Part shown: piece by piece, positions 12,980 through 24,465 of the stretch
Numbering within the stretch: position 1 is the first letter of the stretch
Layout of the letters: the number at the start of each line of letters is the position of its first letter
Assembly (NCBI GenBank): GCA_907165135.1
Contig: OU015566.1
Location: 13,950,001 to 14,014,000 of the forward strand
DNA from: Oikopleura dioica
Taxonomy: Eukaryota > Animalia > Chordata
Direction: 5' to 3'
DNA length: 64,000 nucleotides
The notes under the pieces: generated by a model
What the model was told of the DNA's origin: nothing
What the model saw: only the letters and a program-made list of their open reading frames with translations
Database searches by the model: none
Translations under genes and position numbers: made by a program

Positions 12980-14018
12980 ACCGATTATCGATGGAAGAAT
13001 CGCTGAAGCTGATGAACAAGGGCTCCGAAGTACAACGCGCGGCGGCTTTCATCCACGACGCGTATGGAATGTTTCTCCACAAGGAATGCAAATCTGGAAT
13101 GTATAAACTAAACAGGTACACAAATCCAGCCATTCTTTTCTAAAAGCAGGTCGCTCGCTAGTCGCTACCGGAAGCAATAAGACCGGAAGCGTGTAGAAAG
13201 AGATCCTTTTTGGGCAGAAAAAAGTAGCGTTGGAATCACGTGGTCATCGTTTGTTTGGCGGGTCACGCAAGTACGTGGCCCTAAGTCCCATTTTTCTCCA
13301 AAAAATCATCCCTTTTGAACATTTTTTCTAGCTTGGCGGTTGAACTACGAGACGGACACAAATACCACGAAGATGTGAAGCCGCAGATTCGGAAGAAACT
13401 CGCCACTTTGGTTTCGGAAGGTAGAAAAAAGAACAAGAATAATTTAAATGGAATTACATCCAAATAAGCAAGCGGGATTAATCTAAAGCCAATTTCATTT
13501 TTTCGGCCAAGAATTAGCCGGAATTTTTGTGGCCAGCCGCGGGAACTATTTTATTTGCTAAGAGATGCAGATTTTTTATCAAAAGAAAAAAAATAGAGAA
13601 GCCCTTTTTTCGAGCCAAAAATAAAGTTTTGGATTTTCTGAATCAAAAATTAACCCACTGTTATAAGAAAATGACCATTTTTTTTGACGGGAATAGGGAG
13701 AAAATTAAAGCATTTTAATTTTTAACCTGTTCGCGCTTTCCCGTCAAAAAATTGGTCATTTTCTTAAAACGATGGGTTAATTTTTGATTCAAGAAATCCA
13801 AAAATTGGTTTTTGGCTCGAAAAAAAGTACCTCTTTTTCCTAAAAGAGTTAACCCTATTTTCTTTGTAGTCCGCGCAGATGTTTGGCTCTGGAAAACGTA
13901 CATCAACGAAGAAGCGAGTTCAAACCATCAATGCATCGTTTGCACGACACTGGGCGACTTGTACGACGAGAAGTACTCGCTGTTCGATCCTAACAATGAC
14001 GACTCGTATATTTATTGA
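12980..14018 (+). CDS. Uncharacterised multi-exon protein (5' end unresolved)
   Basis: Exons 12980-13115, 13332-13420 and 13870-14018 join with GT-AG sites in matching phases (2, then 1) into ..EESLKLMNKG..KLNS-LAVELRDGHKY..LVSE-VRADVWLWK..SYIY*. Confidence 0.65.
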
Positions 14019-14581
14019 GACACCATGTTCCAAATAATTATGGCGCTAATTGGCGTGAAAAAGCGTGTTCAACAAAAACAAAGAAGCTGGAAAAAGGAGA
14101 AAAACGAACATTTTGTATACTGTACTTGAGGCTTGTAAGACGAGTGAAATATTTGACTTGATTTATTCCAAAGAAATGACAAAAAATAAAACAACTTGTT
14201 CGAAACGAATTAACGATACTTTCTTAACCCATTTTGTCAAAATGTCACTTTTTGGGACAAAAAGACGCAGAATTGCATAATTTCAGACTTTTGAGTCTTT
14301 TTTTCTGGCGATTATTTTCACTAGCTACGGAATTACGCAGAACGCGCTACAGGGTTAAAATTTCGATTTTACACCGATTCTAGTGCTGAATTTATCTAAT
14401 TACGAGATAAGCCATACAAGGATAATTTGCAATCGCTTCAATTTTTCGTCGAAAAGCTCGGTTTCTTGTGATTCTTTCGTCGCGAAAACAATCAAAAATG
14501 CAAACAGAAATTTTTTTATTTACAGTAGTCTTGGGACTTTTCGAGCCAAAAATTGACTTTTTCATTTATAGTTAGAGAAAA

Positions 14582-15050
14582 ATGAGTAATCGAACTCAAT
14601 ATCATTACGTTCAGCAACCAGGAAAGAGGGTTCAAACAACCTTTTGGGGGGTCGAATTAAGGGTAGGAGAAAGGTAAAATCCCTGCTCTCAGGAACCGTG
14701 TACGTGCAACAAGGATATCCCCAACAAGTTGTCTACCAACAAGGACCTCCTGTCGGGCGTCCTGCCGGTCCACCTGTCGGACAACCTGTTCAATACGTTC
14801 AGCAGCAACCAGCGACTGTCGTGTATCAACAACAACGTATTAAAATAATCACTTCCATCTCTTTCCCAACCCCCTTTTAGCCCAGCAGGTTCAGTACGTA
14901 ACCCAGCAGCATCCCAGCCAAGCTGCCTACCAAGCTCAACAGAGTCAAGCTCGCCGAGTCAATCGTGGAGCCGCAGTTGGAGCGCTAATTGGCGCTAGAA
15001 ATGGCAACGCCCTGGCTGGAGCTCTTATTGGACGAAGACTTGCTAAATAA
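14582..15050 (+). CDS. Small Gln/Pro/Tyr-rich protein A with C-terminal glycine-zipper-like motif
   Basis: Exons 14582-14621, 14693-14836 and 14881-15050; intron 1 is GA-AG, intron 2 GT-AG; ends GAAVGALIGARNGNALAGALIGRRLAK*. Confidence 0.8.
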
Positions 15051-15155
15051 ATTGCTGCTTTTCCCTACTGTAGGAAAGACTCTTATTTGTTCTGTCTCCC
15101 AACAGCCAATTCAATCATCTTCTCATTGAACGAAAAACTCTTTCAGAAAAGAAAC

Positions 15156-15460
15156 ATGAGCTATCCTGGATATCCATCTTCCAACCAGGCTGGTGTCCGC
15201 CAAGTCCACTACAACTCTTCTTCCGCTCCTCCTGTTGCCCATGTCGTCCATCTTCCTCCCAACAAGTGATCGTCCAATCGGGCCCAACAATCATCCACCA
15301 TCCTCCGCCACCTCAACAAGTCATCATCAAACAAGCTCCTCCGCCTCAAGTCCTCTATCAAACAGCCCCTCCACCAGTTCAGCGATCAAATCCACAACAG
15401 GATCGAGCTTTCGCTGGAGGACTTGTAGGAGGACTTATCGGTGCTTCCCTCTTTCTTTGA
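15156..15460 (+). CDS. Small Pro-rich protein B with C-terminal GGLVGGLIG motif; 1-nt frameshift near 15260
   Basis: MSYPGYP..VVHLP continues as QQVIVQSGP..AFAGGLVGGLIGASLFL* if one C is added to the C-run at 15258-15260; TTTCAG acceptor just upstream of the ATG. Confidence 0.75.
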
Positions 15461-15603
15461 CAAATTATAATAAAACTCGACTGCTTATTTGATCTGTTTC
15501 AACAACAATCGAAGGGGTATCGAAATCCTTTACAAATACGAATTCTGTCAATACAGGAAGCAACTGTAAGCGAATGGGAAAGTACTTTGAAGAGGAAGAG
15601 AAA

Positions 15604-16093
15604 ATGAGCTATTACGGCCCACCAGTAAGTAGATTCAAAAGCAACCAATTTATATCAAAATTTTTGGATCGATGTTTTTATATTTAATTTCGTCGTCAGT
15701 AAGAAAGAATACCAAGCTGTAATCGTATAGTGGTTAGTACTTCACGTTGTGGCCGTGACAACCCAGGTTCGAATCCTGGTTACAGCAATTTTGACTGTAG
15801 CAAACTGTTATCTCCAAATTTTGCAATCTTATCAATTATCAAATCAACAAAATCACACTTTTTTCAGTCCTATACTCAAGCTGTCGTTGCCCCATCGCAC
15901 GCCATGATCCAGCCGCCATCAACTGTCGTTGTCCAAACACCACCACCACCACCTGTTATTGTTCAATCTCCTCCGCCAGTAATAGTCAGAGCTGGCTGTA
16001 ATTGTCCAAAAACCAGCCCCAGTTGTCTATCATCAATCCCCAGCAAACCAAGTCGTCGTCAGACAAGAAACAAAAGTTTGTATTTTACTCTGA
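15604..16093 (+). CDS. Small Pro/Val-rich protein C with C-terminal CAAX box (CILL); 1-nt frameshift in an A-run
   Basis: Exon 1 15604-15624 (MSYYGPP), GT-AG intron 15625-15867, exon 2 from 15868. Removing one A from the A5 run at 16008-16012 gives ..CNCPKPAPVVYHQSPANQVVVRQETKVCILL*. Confidence 0.75.
15716..15787 (+). tRNA. tRNA-His (GTG), intronic
   Basis: Acceptor stem GCTGTAA/TTACAGC; anticodon arm TCACG-TT-GTG-GC-CGTGA; GGTTCGAATCC T-arm. Confidence 0.95.
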
Positions 16094-17039
16094 CTGTAAT
16101 AAACTGAAATTCAAAATGAAGAAATTTCTCCAGCTCATCAAATTCTGAATTCAAGCAAACATTTGGCGATTAGAAAATTATCTCATCTCTCGATAGAAAA
16201 ATGGCTTTTTTCTTCTTGAGTTTATTTTGCCAAGCGGTGGCGGTGATACATGATTATTGATAAAAAAAGTTTAATCTAGTGCTTGTCTTCGGAAGTGTTC
16301 CGACAGCGCGCGGATTTTGGAACTTTCCATTTTCGCCAAAAGATTGACATTTGATTTAGCCTAGGTTTCAGATAGCTTCTTTTTTATCGCGAAAAAAACG
16401 GCTCGTTTCTTGAGCAAAATTGACCATTTTTCTTTCCAAGAAATCTGTGAAAATCGAGGTTTTACTGAAAACAGCGGAAATTAGAAGCGTTCTCGTAACT
16501 TGTGACAATCCCTGTACTTATACACGCGCTGGGTTGATAAGCAAAAATCTGCGTTCGCTTTCTTTCTGTTTTGTTACTTGAAAAATACACAAGTCGTGGC
16601 TCAGCTGGCGAATATCGCACCTTCTTTGGAGCAGCGAGCGATTTCTAACGCGCGGCCTAAATCCGACTTTTGGCGACGTCGATATTGCGCCGCAATGATT
16701 CAAAATCCGCTCCGAGGTTTCAAAAAAACACTGCCTGAAATTTTATGTCCAAACGGGAGCCGTAAGAGCAATTTTAGAGTGGCGGCTATTTTTAGAGTGT
16801 TTGAATTGTAGATAGAGCCGTTTTTAGGTTATATAATAATCGTTCTAGTATACAGTTACTTTTTTTGTGCTCTTATCACTTTTTAACCAAAATTAAACGC
16901 CCTCGATTTCAATCATTCCTCGATTTTCAAAGCAAATGATATTCTATGTGCATTTGGATATGAAAAGTAAAGATCGAAAGCTTATTAAATCTTCCCAGAG
17001 CAAGATGGTCTCACGAAAGCGAGTTCATTTGCAATAAAC

Positions 17040-17829
17040 ATGCGATTGATACTTTCACTTCATTTTTTCGGAGGAGTTTCTTGTCGACTTTATCATCAAA
17101 AGCAAAATGAGAATCTTGCTCTTGGAGGATGGGGTTCTATACTGTTTGGCCTCCGACCCGCTGATGAGAGAGCTTGCCCGTTCGATACAGTTCAATTGTT
17201 ACTTTCAATGACTGAAGCATTCTAGTGATGAAGAGATTCATGATCAATGCCTCACCGAATGTCGGGTCAAATACGTAGAATGCAACGCTGCTTGCGGAGG
17301 TGATTCTCTGTGTCAAAGTCAATGCAGAGCTGATTTTTCAGGTTGACTTGATTTTTGATAATATTTTTTCTATAAAAGTAAGCTTGCGATGCATCTTGTC
17401 CTTGTGGCCTTGATTGCCCTGCTGGCTGCGAAGGTTGTGAACATCCACTCTGCGACGTTTGCTTTGAGCCCGAGATCTCCAACGATGATTATAAACGCTG
17501 TATCATTTATGATTTGGATTATCTGGTAAAAATAATGTTTGTTGCTTATGAAACCTATATTAAATTAGACAACATGCATTAAAAGTTGTCCAGCGGACAT
17601 TGATTGCATGGATCGGTGCTATTCAAGCTACAGGGTAGAAGCTCTCAACTGTCCATGCATGGAGAAAGAGGTCCCATTTACATTTAAGATAAGCCATCTG
17701 ACATGAAATTAGGCAACGACATCAACTTGGAAGAGTACAACAACCGAAACAACCACAACGACTGGACATGTATCTATGTCACTTATTACATCTACTACAA
17801 GGACAACAACAACTTATTGGCGCGAATAA
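17040..17829 (+). CDS. Secreted Cys-rich repeat protein with Thr-rich tail
   Basis: Hydrophobic N-terminus MRLILSLHFFGGVSC; exons encode DQCLTECRVKYVECNAACGGDSLCQSQC, CPCGLDCPAGCEGCEHPLC, CIKSCPADIDCMDRC and a Thr-rich end. Same Cys pattern as the 7369 gene; some exon joins are provisional. Confidence 0.75.
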
Positions 17830-18049
17830 TTCTTTTGAAAATCCGTAATAATATATCTAAACAAAAATTAAGTTGTCTTACTTTTCCGACAGTCAAATTC
17901 GTTTACGATAAAATTTCATAATTGTCTGAAAATTGGTCTCTGAAATTTTATTTCAATCAAATATTCATGTTTCTTCCATACTCGGAAAAGGACTCATAAG
18001 CTCGTTACAATTCGCCAAAATGAACGTTTTTAATTCAACAGCATGAATT

Positions 18050-18852
18050 TTGGATGAATTCGGAACATGCACGTTGCCTGGCTATCTGGAATTGGCTCTG
18101 AATGTGCCCAAATCACCACTGGTGAAAGCATATCAACTCAGATTTATCTTCGACTCGAGAAGTGCCTCTTACAAGAACTTATCTCCCAAAAACGTGTTTT
18201 TTCAACGTTTATTTTCGACATTTAAAAAATTCCTTTTCATTTCAAAATCTTCAAAATCTTCGAAAAAAGCCCCGCTTTTGATTTATTTCTCGCTTGCGAC
18301 ATCGTGGAAAAATCCCCAGCGACACCTCAATTATTGCTATCTCCTGACCTCTGACAGTACCTACTGTACAGTTGCTGATAAGCCTGCTGAAGAATGTGAG
18401 AATTATTCACCCTGTCACGTGAATTTTTTCTAGGGTTTTTCCATTTGACCAAAAACAGCAAATTCCTCAAGAAATGACTGATAGCCTGCTTCTGTGTTTT
18501 CTTACTGTATCAATTCCGCGGGAAATCGGCAAATTCAAGAGCAGTGGCTGGTTTGATCTTCCGGTGTCTGATTGAACCTGAAAAGTGTCGAGCACTAGAA
18601 TTGGAATTACCAAACTCGCGTCTAAAATTGGAATTCTTCAAGGGCCGACTCTTACCGATAAGAAAACCGATCGCTCGAATCAAAGCTATTCTCAAACTTT
18701 TTCTTTTCAGATCACATGATCCTTGCATAATTTCTTTCATCGACAACTTATTCTTGACTGTAGCGCCAATGAACTTTTCCGCAGACCTTCCACAACTCGA
18801 GATCAAGAAGCTCAGTACTTTTCCGTCCTCATTCTCAACTCTAGCGCGATAA
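18050..18852 (+). CDS. Possible uncharacterised multi-exon gene
   Basis: Several open stretches separated by intron-like AT-rich segments; I could not build a consistent splice model. Confidence 0.25.
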
Positions 18853-19031
18853 CAGCTGATAAGCCACTGCGCTACAGTCATTTTAACGTACAGTACCACG
18901 CTTACGAGCGGAAAACTTTTCGCATCCAGAAAAACAAGAGTCTTACAATCCCCTTTCTTACTGTAAGCCCTACTAGCTCGCGCTCTGGGAAAATCCCCTC
19001 GGGCGAGGCCTGGTTTTTCCCCAGGCGAGGG

Positions 19032-19038
19032 TATAAAA
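19032..19038 (+). promoter_or_regulatory. TATA box
   Basis: TATAAAA in GC-rich context about 90 nt upstream of the ATG at 19125. Confidence 0.7.
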
Positions 19039-19124
19039 GAGCCGCGGCAGCTCTCCAACCGCTCACTTACCAAAAACTAAAAAAAGCAAACCAGCTCCCA
19101 AAAAAGCAACCACCCTTTCTCATC

Positions 19125-19601
19125 ATGGAATCTCTTCATCTCATCCAGCTCGTCAACGGCGCCTTCTCCGAGACCTACCGAGTAGAGCACCTTAACCTCG
19201 ACTCCTCCTCGAGTAGTTCGAGTAATCAACAACTGAGTAATCAACCCAAAAATCTGGATCAACTGAAGTTGATTGCCGGCGGCTATTCCAGCTCCTACCG
19301 CGAGAGAATTTGCGGCGCCGAGCCTCTCCAGGAACAGCCCCGAGGCGATCTTCACCAGCTCATTTCCGGCGGCTTATCTGAAACTTACAGAGTCAACACC
19401 CTCGGGCAGCCGGATTCCCTCCCCGAGGCGAAGGCCGAAGACTTGGAAAAACTCGACACGAGGCATTTGGCCCTCATCCACGGTGGACTATCAGATGAGT
19501 ACAGAAAAAAGGCCTGCGGGCATCCCCCGAAGCGAGAATTCAAGAGAAACGAAGCGAAGAGTTCTATTTTCGCCCCTTTCCGAGCAAGATTAGGAATCTA
19601 A
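19125..19601 (+). CDS. Intronless 158-aa protein with four L-[IV]-x-G-[GA]-[FYL]-S-x-x-Y-R repeats
   Basis: In-frame ATG within ORF 18723-19601; upstream TATA; AATAAA at 19735-19740; the repeats are visible in the translation. Confidence 0.8.
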   Translation: MESLHLIQLVNGAFSETYRVEHLNLDSSSSSSSNQQLSNQPKNLDQLKLIAGGYSSSYRERICGAEPLQEQPRGDLHQLISGGLSETYRVNTLGQPDSLPEAKAEDLEKLDTRHLALIHGGLSDEYRKKACGHPPKREFKRNEAKSSIFAPFRARLGI

Positions 19602-20155
19602 ACCGCCTTTCTTCTGTTTAAAAATGACCATTCCTTTGTACATAATTCCACCTTCTTCCTTGTTTTCAAAAATCTGAACTTCGCCGATTTTTACTGTATA
19701 AAAGTGACTGTATAAAGAGTATTTAAGAGTTAAAAATAAAGCTTGTCTTTCTTCTTGTTTGAATGAAAAAACGGTCTTTTCTTTGGAAAAAAGCAGGTTT
19801 TGAACCTTTTTTTTTGGAGCTCTAGAATACTTTTCTAGTCATCCTCTTTTTATCATCTAAAAATTCATAAAGAAACGGCTGAGTTCTGGAATTTTGAATA
19901 AGGAAGGTTTGGCAGAAGGCGATAAGACGCGCTTTAGGTGACAGAAGAAAAGAGAGACTGTCTCTTATCATTGTGCTGTTATCACCCAGCGGGGTGGCGT
20001 GGCGTAACCATAAGACACCTTTACGCGCTCGTTTTTCATGCTTTGGTTTAACGCAATAAGTGGAGCACGAGAAGATATGGAAATTTTGAATTTTATTTTT
20101 TCGTTTTTGAGAAGTCTTGCAATTTGAAAATGATCGAATAAAAAATCCGCTGCCG

Positions 20156-21986
20156 TCATAAAAATGTTGATTTTGGTCCTTCTAATTGGCTTTCTTTGCT
20201 TTTGCAAATTACGATTATTTTCGCGACAGTTGAATTCGCCGGCAAATAGTTGCCCGGACAATTATTCGCAATAAAATCTTCTTTATGCAATTTGGGCACG
20301 TGGTTTAGAATGCGGTCTAGAATTGCGCCGCGTGTTTTCTTTAGAAGCGTCGAAAATGAAACTCGCCGAGAAAGCACAAACAAGCAGCCTGGCGGATGAT
20401 TACACGAGGACTCGAGCGAGATCCGGCTTAGATTCAGGACTGATAAACCCAATCTCGTAAGTACCAACAACTCGAGCTGTGAGAGAGCGCACTGCCGATA
20501 CTCCTCGATGCCCGGTCGCTCTGGTGCTTTTAAATGGCTTCTAAAAGAACTCTTTCGCGGAAATTTTTGCTTTTCGAAAATGCTTTCAAAACAACCTTTT
20601 TTACGAGTCAAGTTCGGACTTCGAATTCCGAACTGTAAAGTTTATTTACAGTAATTCAACAATGACTCGGAGCGATCCAAAGGGCACCGTTCGTATCTTC
20701 ACGCAATGCGAGTTTCCCTCCTTCTTGCTGAAGAAAAAGACGCCATCAGCCACCGCTTTGAACGGAACTCCTTCGCCTAGATAATATTTTTGAATTTGAA
20801 ATTAAAAATATTCGTTTTACCTTTCTTAGAGAGCCCAAAAGAGAGCCAGAAGGTCTGCTCGTGGGAAATTCGGACATTGTGCGCCCTCACAATCGGCGGC
20901 AAAAGTCCACCAAGCGAGAAGCGAAGCTTCCAATCGCCCTCGGTGATCTCGCAGTTTTCTCCATCGTCGAGAACGCCCACCCGGAACTTTATTTCAATTT
21001 AATTTCCGGAAATATTCAACGTCTTACCTCGAGATCGAAGTTGCGCTTGCCAAGGCCGAGCTGCTTGAGCACATTGGTGAAGTTCTGGTGCCGAGCGGCT
21101 CCGTATCCAACCAAGTTCTTTCGCAGCTGCTGCCCGGCTTCTCCAATCGTGCCCACCGATTTGAACTCCTTTCTCATTTCTTCGAGCTCAGAGGGCTCGA
21201 GAAGAGTGATGTTGTATCGGATGAAGGCGCCCAAGGGTCCATCTTCGTGCTTGACGAGTTCGCCCTTTTCAGAGTTAGAAATTAATTATTCAGCTAAAAT
21301 TTAGCTCGCCAAGAATGTCTAACTCTGGGCCTTTTCATCCTTCTCGCTGACAAGTTCGTGTCGATGGTGCACTTTTCCGACGTTGCAGTCGAGCTGCTCC
21401 ACCACCGCCTTGAAGGGAACGCCTCCATCTGAAGTAAAAATTTATCAAACTGAAATAAAGGAATTTAGATTTTACCTTTGTTGGAGAGCCAAAGATAATA
21501 GTTCCCATCGCCTCCTTCCTGTGGGATAGCATTCTTGAACTGGAGCTTCCATCCAGCATGATCAACTTCGAAGTCAACATGGCAATTGAACTGTCGGAGT
21601 TTTTACCGATTTTAATATCAAAAAATTCTGGTCCAAAACTCCCATTCCTTGAGATTGACCTTTCGCTCGCCAAGCGAAAAGAGCTTCAGAACCTTGCGGA
21701 TTTTCATCGCATTCACCCCATCTCTTACTCCACCTTTCCAGACCTCCCGATCGTCCTCAAAGAAGTGTCCAGCGCCTCCGATAGCGCCCAACTCCTTCCT
21801 CATCTTCTCCAACTTGGGGTGGGCATTCTTGGGAGCAGATTCGGTCTCCTTCTTCTCAACCTCTTCAGTCTCAGTAGTCTCTGAGTCAGAAATGTTGAGA
21901 TCATCGAATTGACTCAAATCGATCCCAGCCACTTGCTCTCCAGTGGAAGGCAAGTAGTAGCTGCATCCATGAAAAAAATGCTCCAT
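20156..21986 (-). CDS. Family P copy 1: internally duplicated protein, possibly MATH/TRAF-like beta-sandwich x2
   Basis: Multi-exon; two repeats (LEKMRKEL..GWKLQF..YYLWLSNK-DGGVPFKAV and LEEMRKEF..DWKLRF..FWLSFGLSKK-GEGVPFKAV); three paralogs in the window. Confidence 0.75.
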
Positions 21987-22849
21987 CGTCTTAATTTTAA
22001 AAAATAGAATCTTACTAAAACACTCCTCAACTGAGAGCAAGTCAAGTACAGAAAGAACATAGGCTTGATGATGTCTCTACAAAATTTCTCGAAGAAGAAA
22101 TGAGAGTCAACCTGCAAAAATCGAAGCTGTAGTGCTCCAGTTTTCCCTTTTCTGACTCATCAGCGAATCTCGAAGCGCTACTTCAAAGAACCTTCCAGCC
22201 AAATCTCGAAACTTTCGAGTCGAAAGACAGACAATTGAGAACCTTCGCTCAATTCATTTGAACTTACAAACTCTTAAAATTCCCAATGTCTTCAAAACTT
22301 GTCACCATCGCATCGAGGTTTCTTCTTTTCCCTGCTTGTCGTCAAAAGCTCGACGTGGTGATTGAACATCAGATAGACCAAAGACCTCCAAAGACTTTTC
22401 TAAAGCGAGCGCGAACGGGTTCAAGGATGGAGCAAGAAAAACTCAAGAAAAGTAGCGGCTTTCTAAATCGCGGATCGAAAGAGCTTAGCCGCGTCATAAT
22501 AATCTATCCAGCTAGTGTTGAACTGATTTTCATAAACAAAACTTTTTTCTTAGTAATTTCGTTTTTTATCTCGACCATTTTTTGGCAACAGAGCATTTCA
22601 GAGTCAAATATCTTGATAATCCGTTAGACCACAAATTCGGTTGACCGCGAAAAATCTCCCCTGAAAAATGAGTAAAATAATTTCTTGCATTTTGCAAATT
22701 TGAAGTTCCAGGTCGGTTGAGTTAGAGTTAAGAGCGGAAATGCCAGGCTTTTTGCTCTTGCGGGAAGGTTTTTAGACAAGCTCTCACGAATGTAAATATT
22801 GATTGATCGGAGCTATCAGAATTTCCAATTTTGAGCTGGCAGCGTCAAT

Positions 22850-24276
22850 GAGTCACGCTCAGGGATGTGCCTTTTGCTTTTTTTTCGAGTGCGGTGCGGT
22901 GCGAAGTGCGATTTTTTTTGCGGGTTTTTCTGCGGTGCGAAGTGCGATTTTTTCAAATTTTTCTTCGCAGTGCGACGCAGAGTGCGAAGTGCGAAATGTG
23001 GAAACAAATTGCGGAAATTTTTGCGATAGTGCGAAAAGTGCGGAAGTGCGAAAGTGCGAAAGTGCGAAGTGCGGAAAATAAATGAAAAGTGCGAAAAATT
23101 GCGATTTTTTGAGAGAGTAGGAAAAATGAATAAAAATCACCGAAATTTCTCCCACGCCCCGAATAGAAATAATTTTAAAAACTTCCAATCATAACCATTA
23201 TTGAGGTTTAAACAATGATGATTTGAATTTTTTAAATGACGGGTGTGGGTGGGGTTGGGGACAGAACTGAGCTTGATCAACTCAGAGTTCAAAGCCTTTG
23301 TCAAGCCCCTTAAACTTAAAAATCATGGAACGGGGCTGAGACGGCCCAAAAAGACAAAAATTTACAGAAATTGTCTGCAAATGGACCGCAAAATCCGCAA
23401 AGTGCGAAGTGCGATGAAGGTTGAATAGTGCGGGATACGACTGCGAAAAGAATCGCACTTTTCAAAAATTTTGCGGAAAGTGCGAAGTGCGGTGCGATGA
23501 AAAATATCAGGTCTGAGTGCGGTGCGAAGTGCGAAATTTCCGTAATCGCACCTCGCACTGCGAAGTTTAGTGCGGAATCCGCACTGCGAAGGCACATCCC
23601 TGGTCACGCTAACTTCCCCAAGACGCTAACTTCCCCAGACGCTAACTTCCCCAAAACGCTAACTTCCCCAACATTGTGCAAGTTAGCGTCTGGGCAAGTT
23701 AGCGTCTGGGGAAGTTAGCGTCAAAGTTGCCGGTTATAAAAAATAATTTTTTTTTTCGAAATTTTTATATCGAACACTGAATACAGTATTCAGAAAGTAC
23801 AGGAGCCATTATTTCTAAGTTTTTTAGACAGAGGTTTGAGAATTCAGGCATTTTTTGGGATGAATGTTCTAATAATAACGCTTCGAAATAATCAAAAATA
23901 TTTTATTTTAAATAATAAGAGCTTAGAAATTTTGAAATCGACTGTCAAAATGAGTGTACTCTCGGAGTACAAAAAATATTATTTCAAAACGTTAAACTAA
24001 ATTTGCTCAAAAGAAATGGAAAATATGACCGCTTTTCACACGGAAAGGTCGAGGTTAGATTCTAAGAGGGAACTGACTGTCTACTAGACTAAGACATGCT
24101 CAGCATTCAGTGAAAGAGCCATTGAACGCTCCACGGATCGCCCACGCACTTTCGACGCTAACTTGCCCAAGACGCTAACTTGCCCAAAACGCTAATTTGC
24201 ACAACCTTGGGGAAGTTAGCGTCTGGGGAAGTCAGCGTCTGGGGAAGTTAGCGTCTTGGGGAAGTTAGCGTGACTC
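22850..24276. mobile_element. Foldback/MULE-like element copy 1 (9-bp TSD) with a nested hAT MITE in its left TIR
   Basis: Ends GAGTCACGCT..AGCGTGACTC; TSD AGCGTCAAT at 22841-22849 and 24277-24285; empty site at 38370-38378; GACGCTAACTTCCCCA subrepeats. Confidence 0.9.
22860..23602. mobile_element. hAT-type MITE, 743 bp, with GCGAAGTGCG subrepeats
   Basis: 14-bp TIR CAGGGATGTGCCTT; 8-bp TSD GTCACGCT at 22852-22859 and 23603-23610. Confidence 0.9.
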
Positions 24277-24465
24277 AGCGTCAATATTTAAAATTTTAAT
24301 TTGAAAAGAAAAATTTTCTGAATTTCAATTTTTTTATTGAAAAAAAACAGCGAAAAAGTCTTCTTTCTTTTTGAATTTTTAGAAATTCAAATGTCTAAAT
24401 GTCTAGTTAATTAAATCTTAAATTTATTTTTTCGCACGTTTTGGCGGAAAACAGGAGAACGTGCA

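Noticed and set aside
18723-19124. N-terminal extension of the 292-aa ORF
   Set aside because: It runs through the TATA box and an A-rich leader, so the real start is most likely the ATG at 19125.
22286-22627. Plus-strand ORF VIEHQI..KTF repeated at 31810 and 37855
   Set aside because: Conservation is explained by the array duplication, starts differ among copies, and a consistent exon model failed on both strands.
22803-23718. Several overlapping Cys/Ala/Arg-rich ORFs
   Set aside because: They are translations of GCGAAGTGCG MITE repeats.
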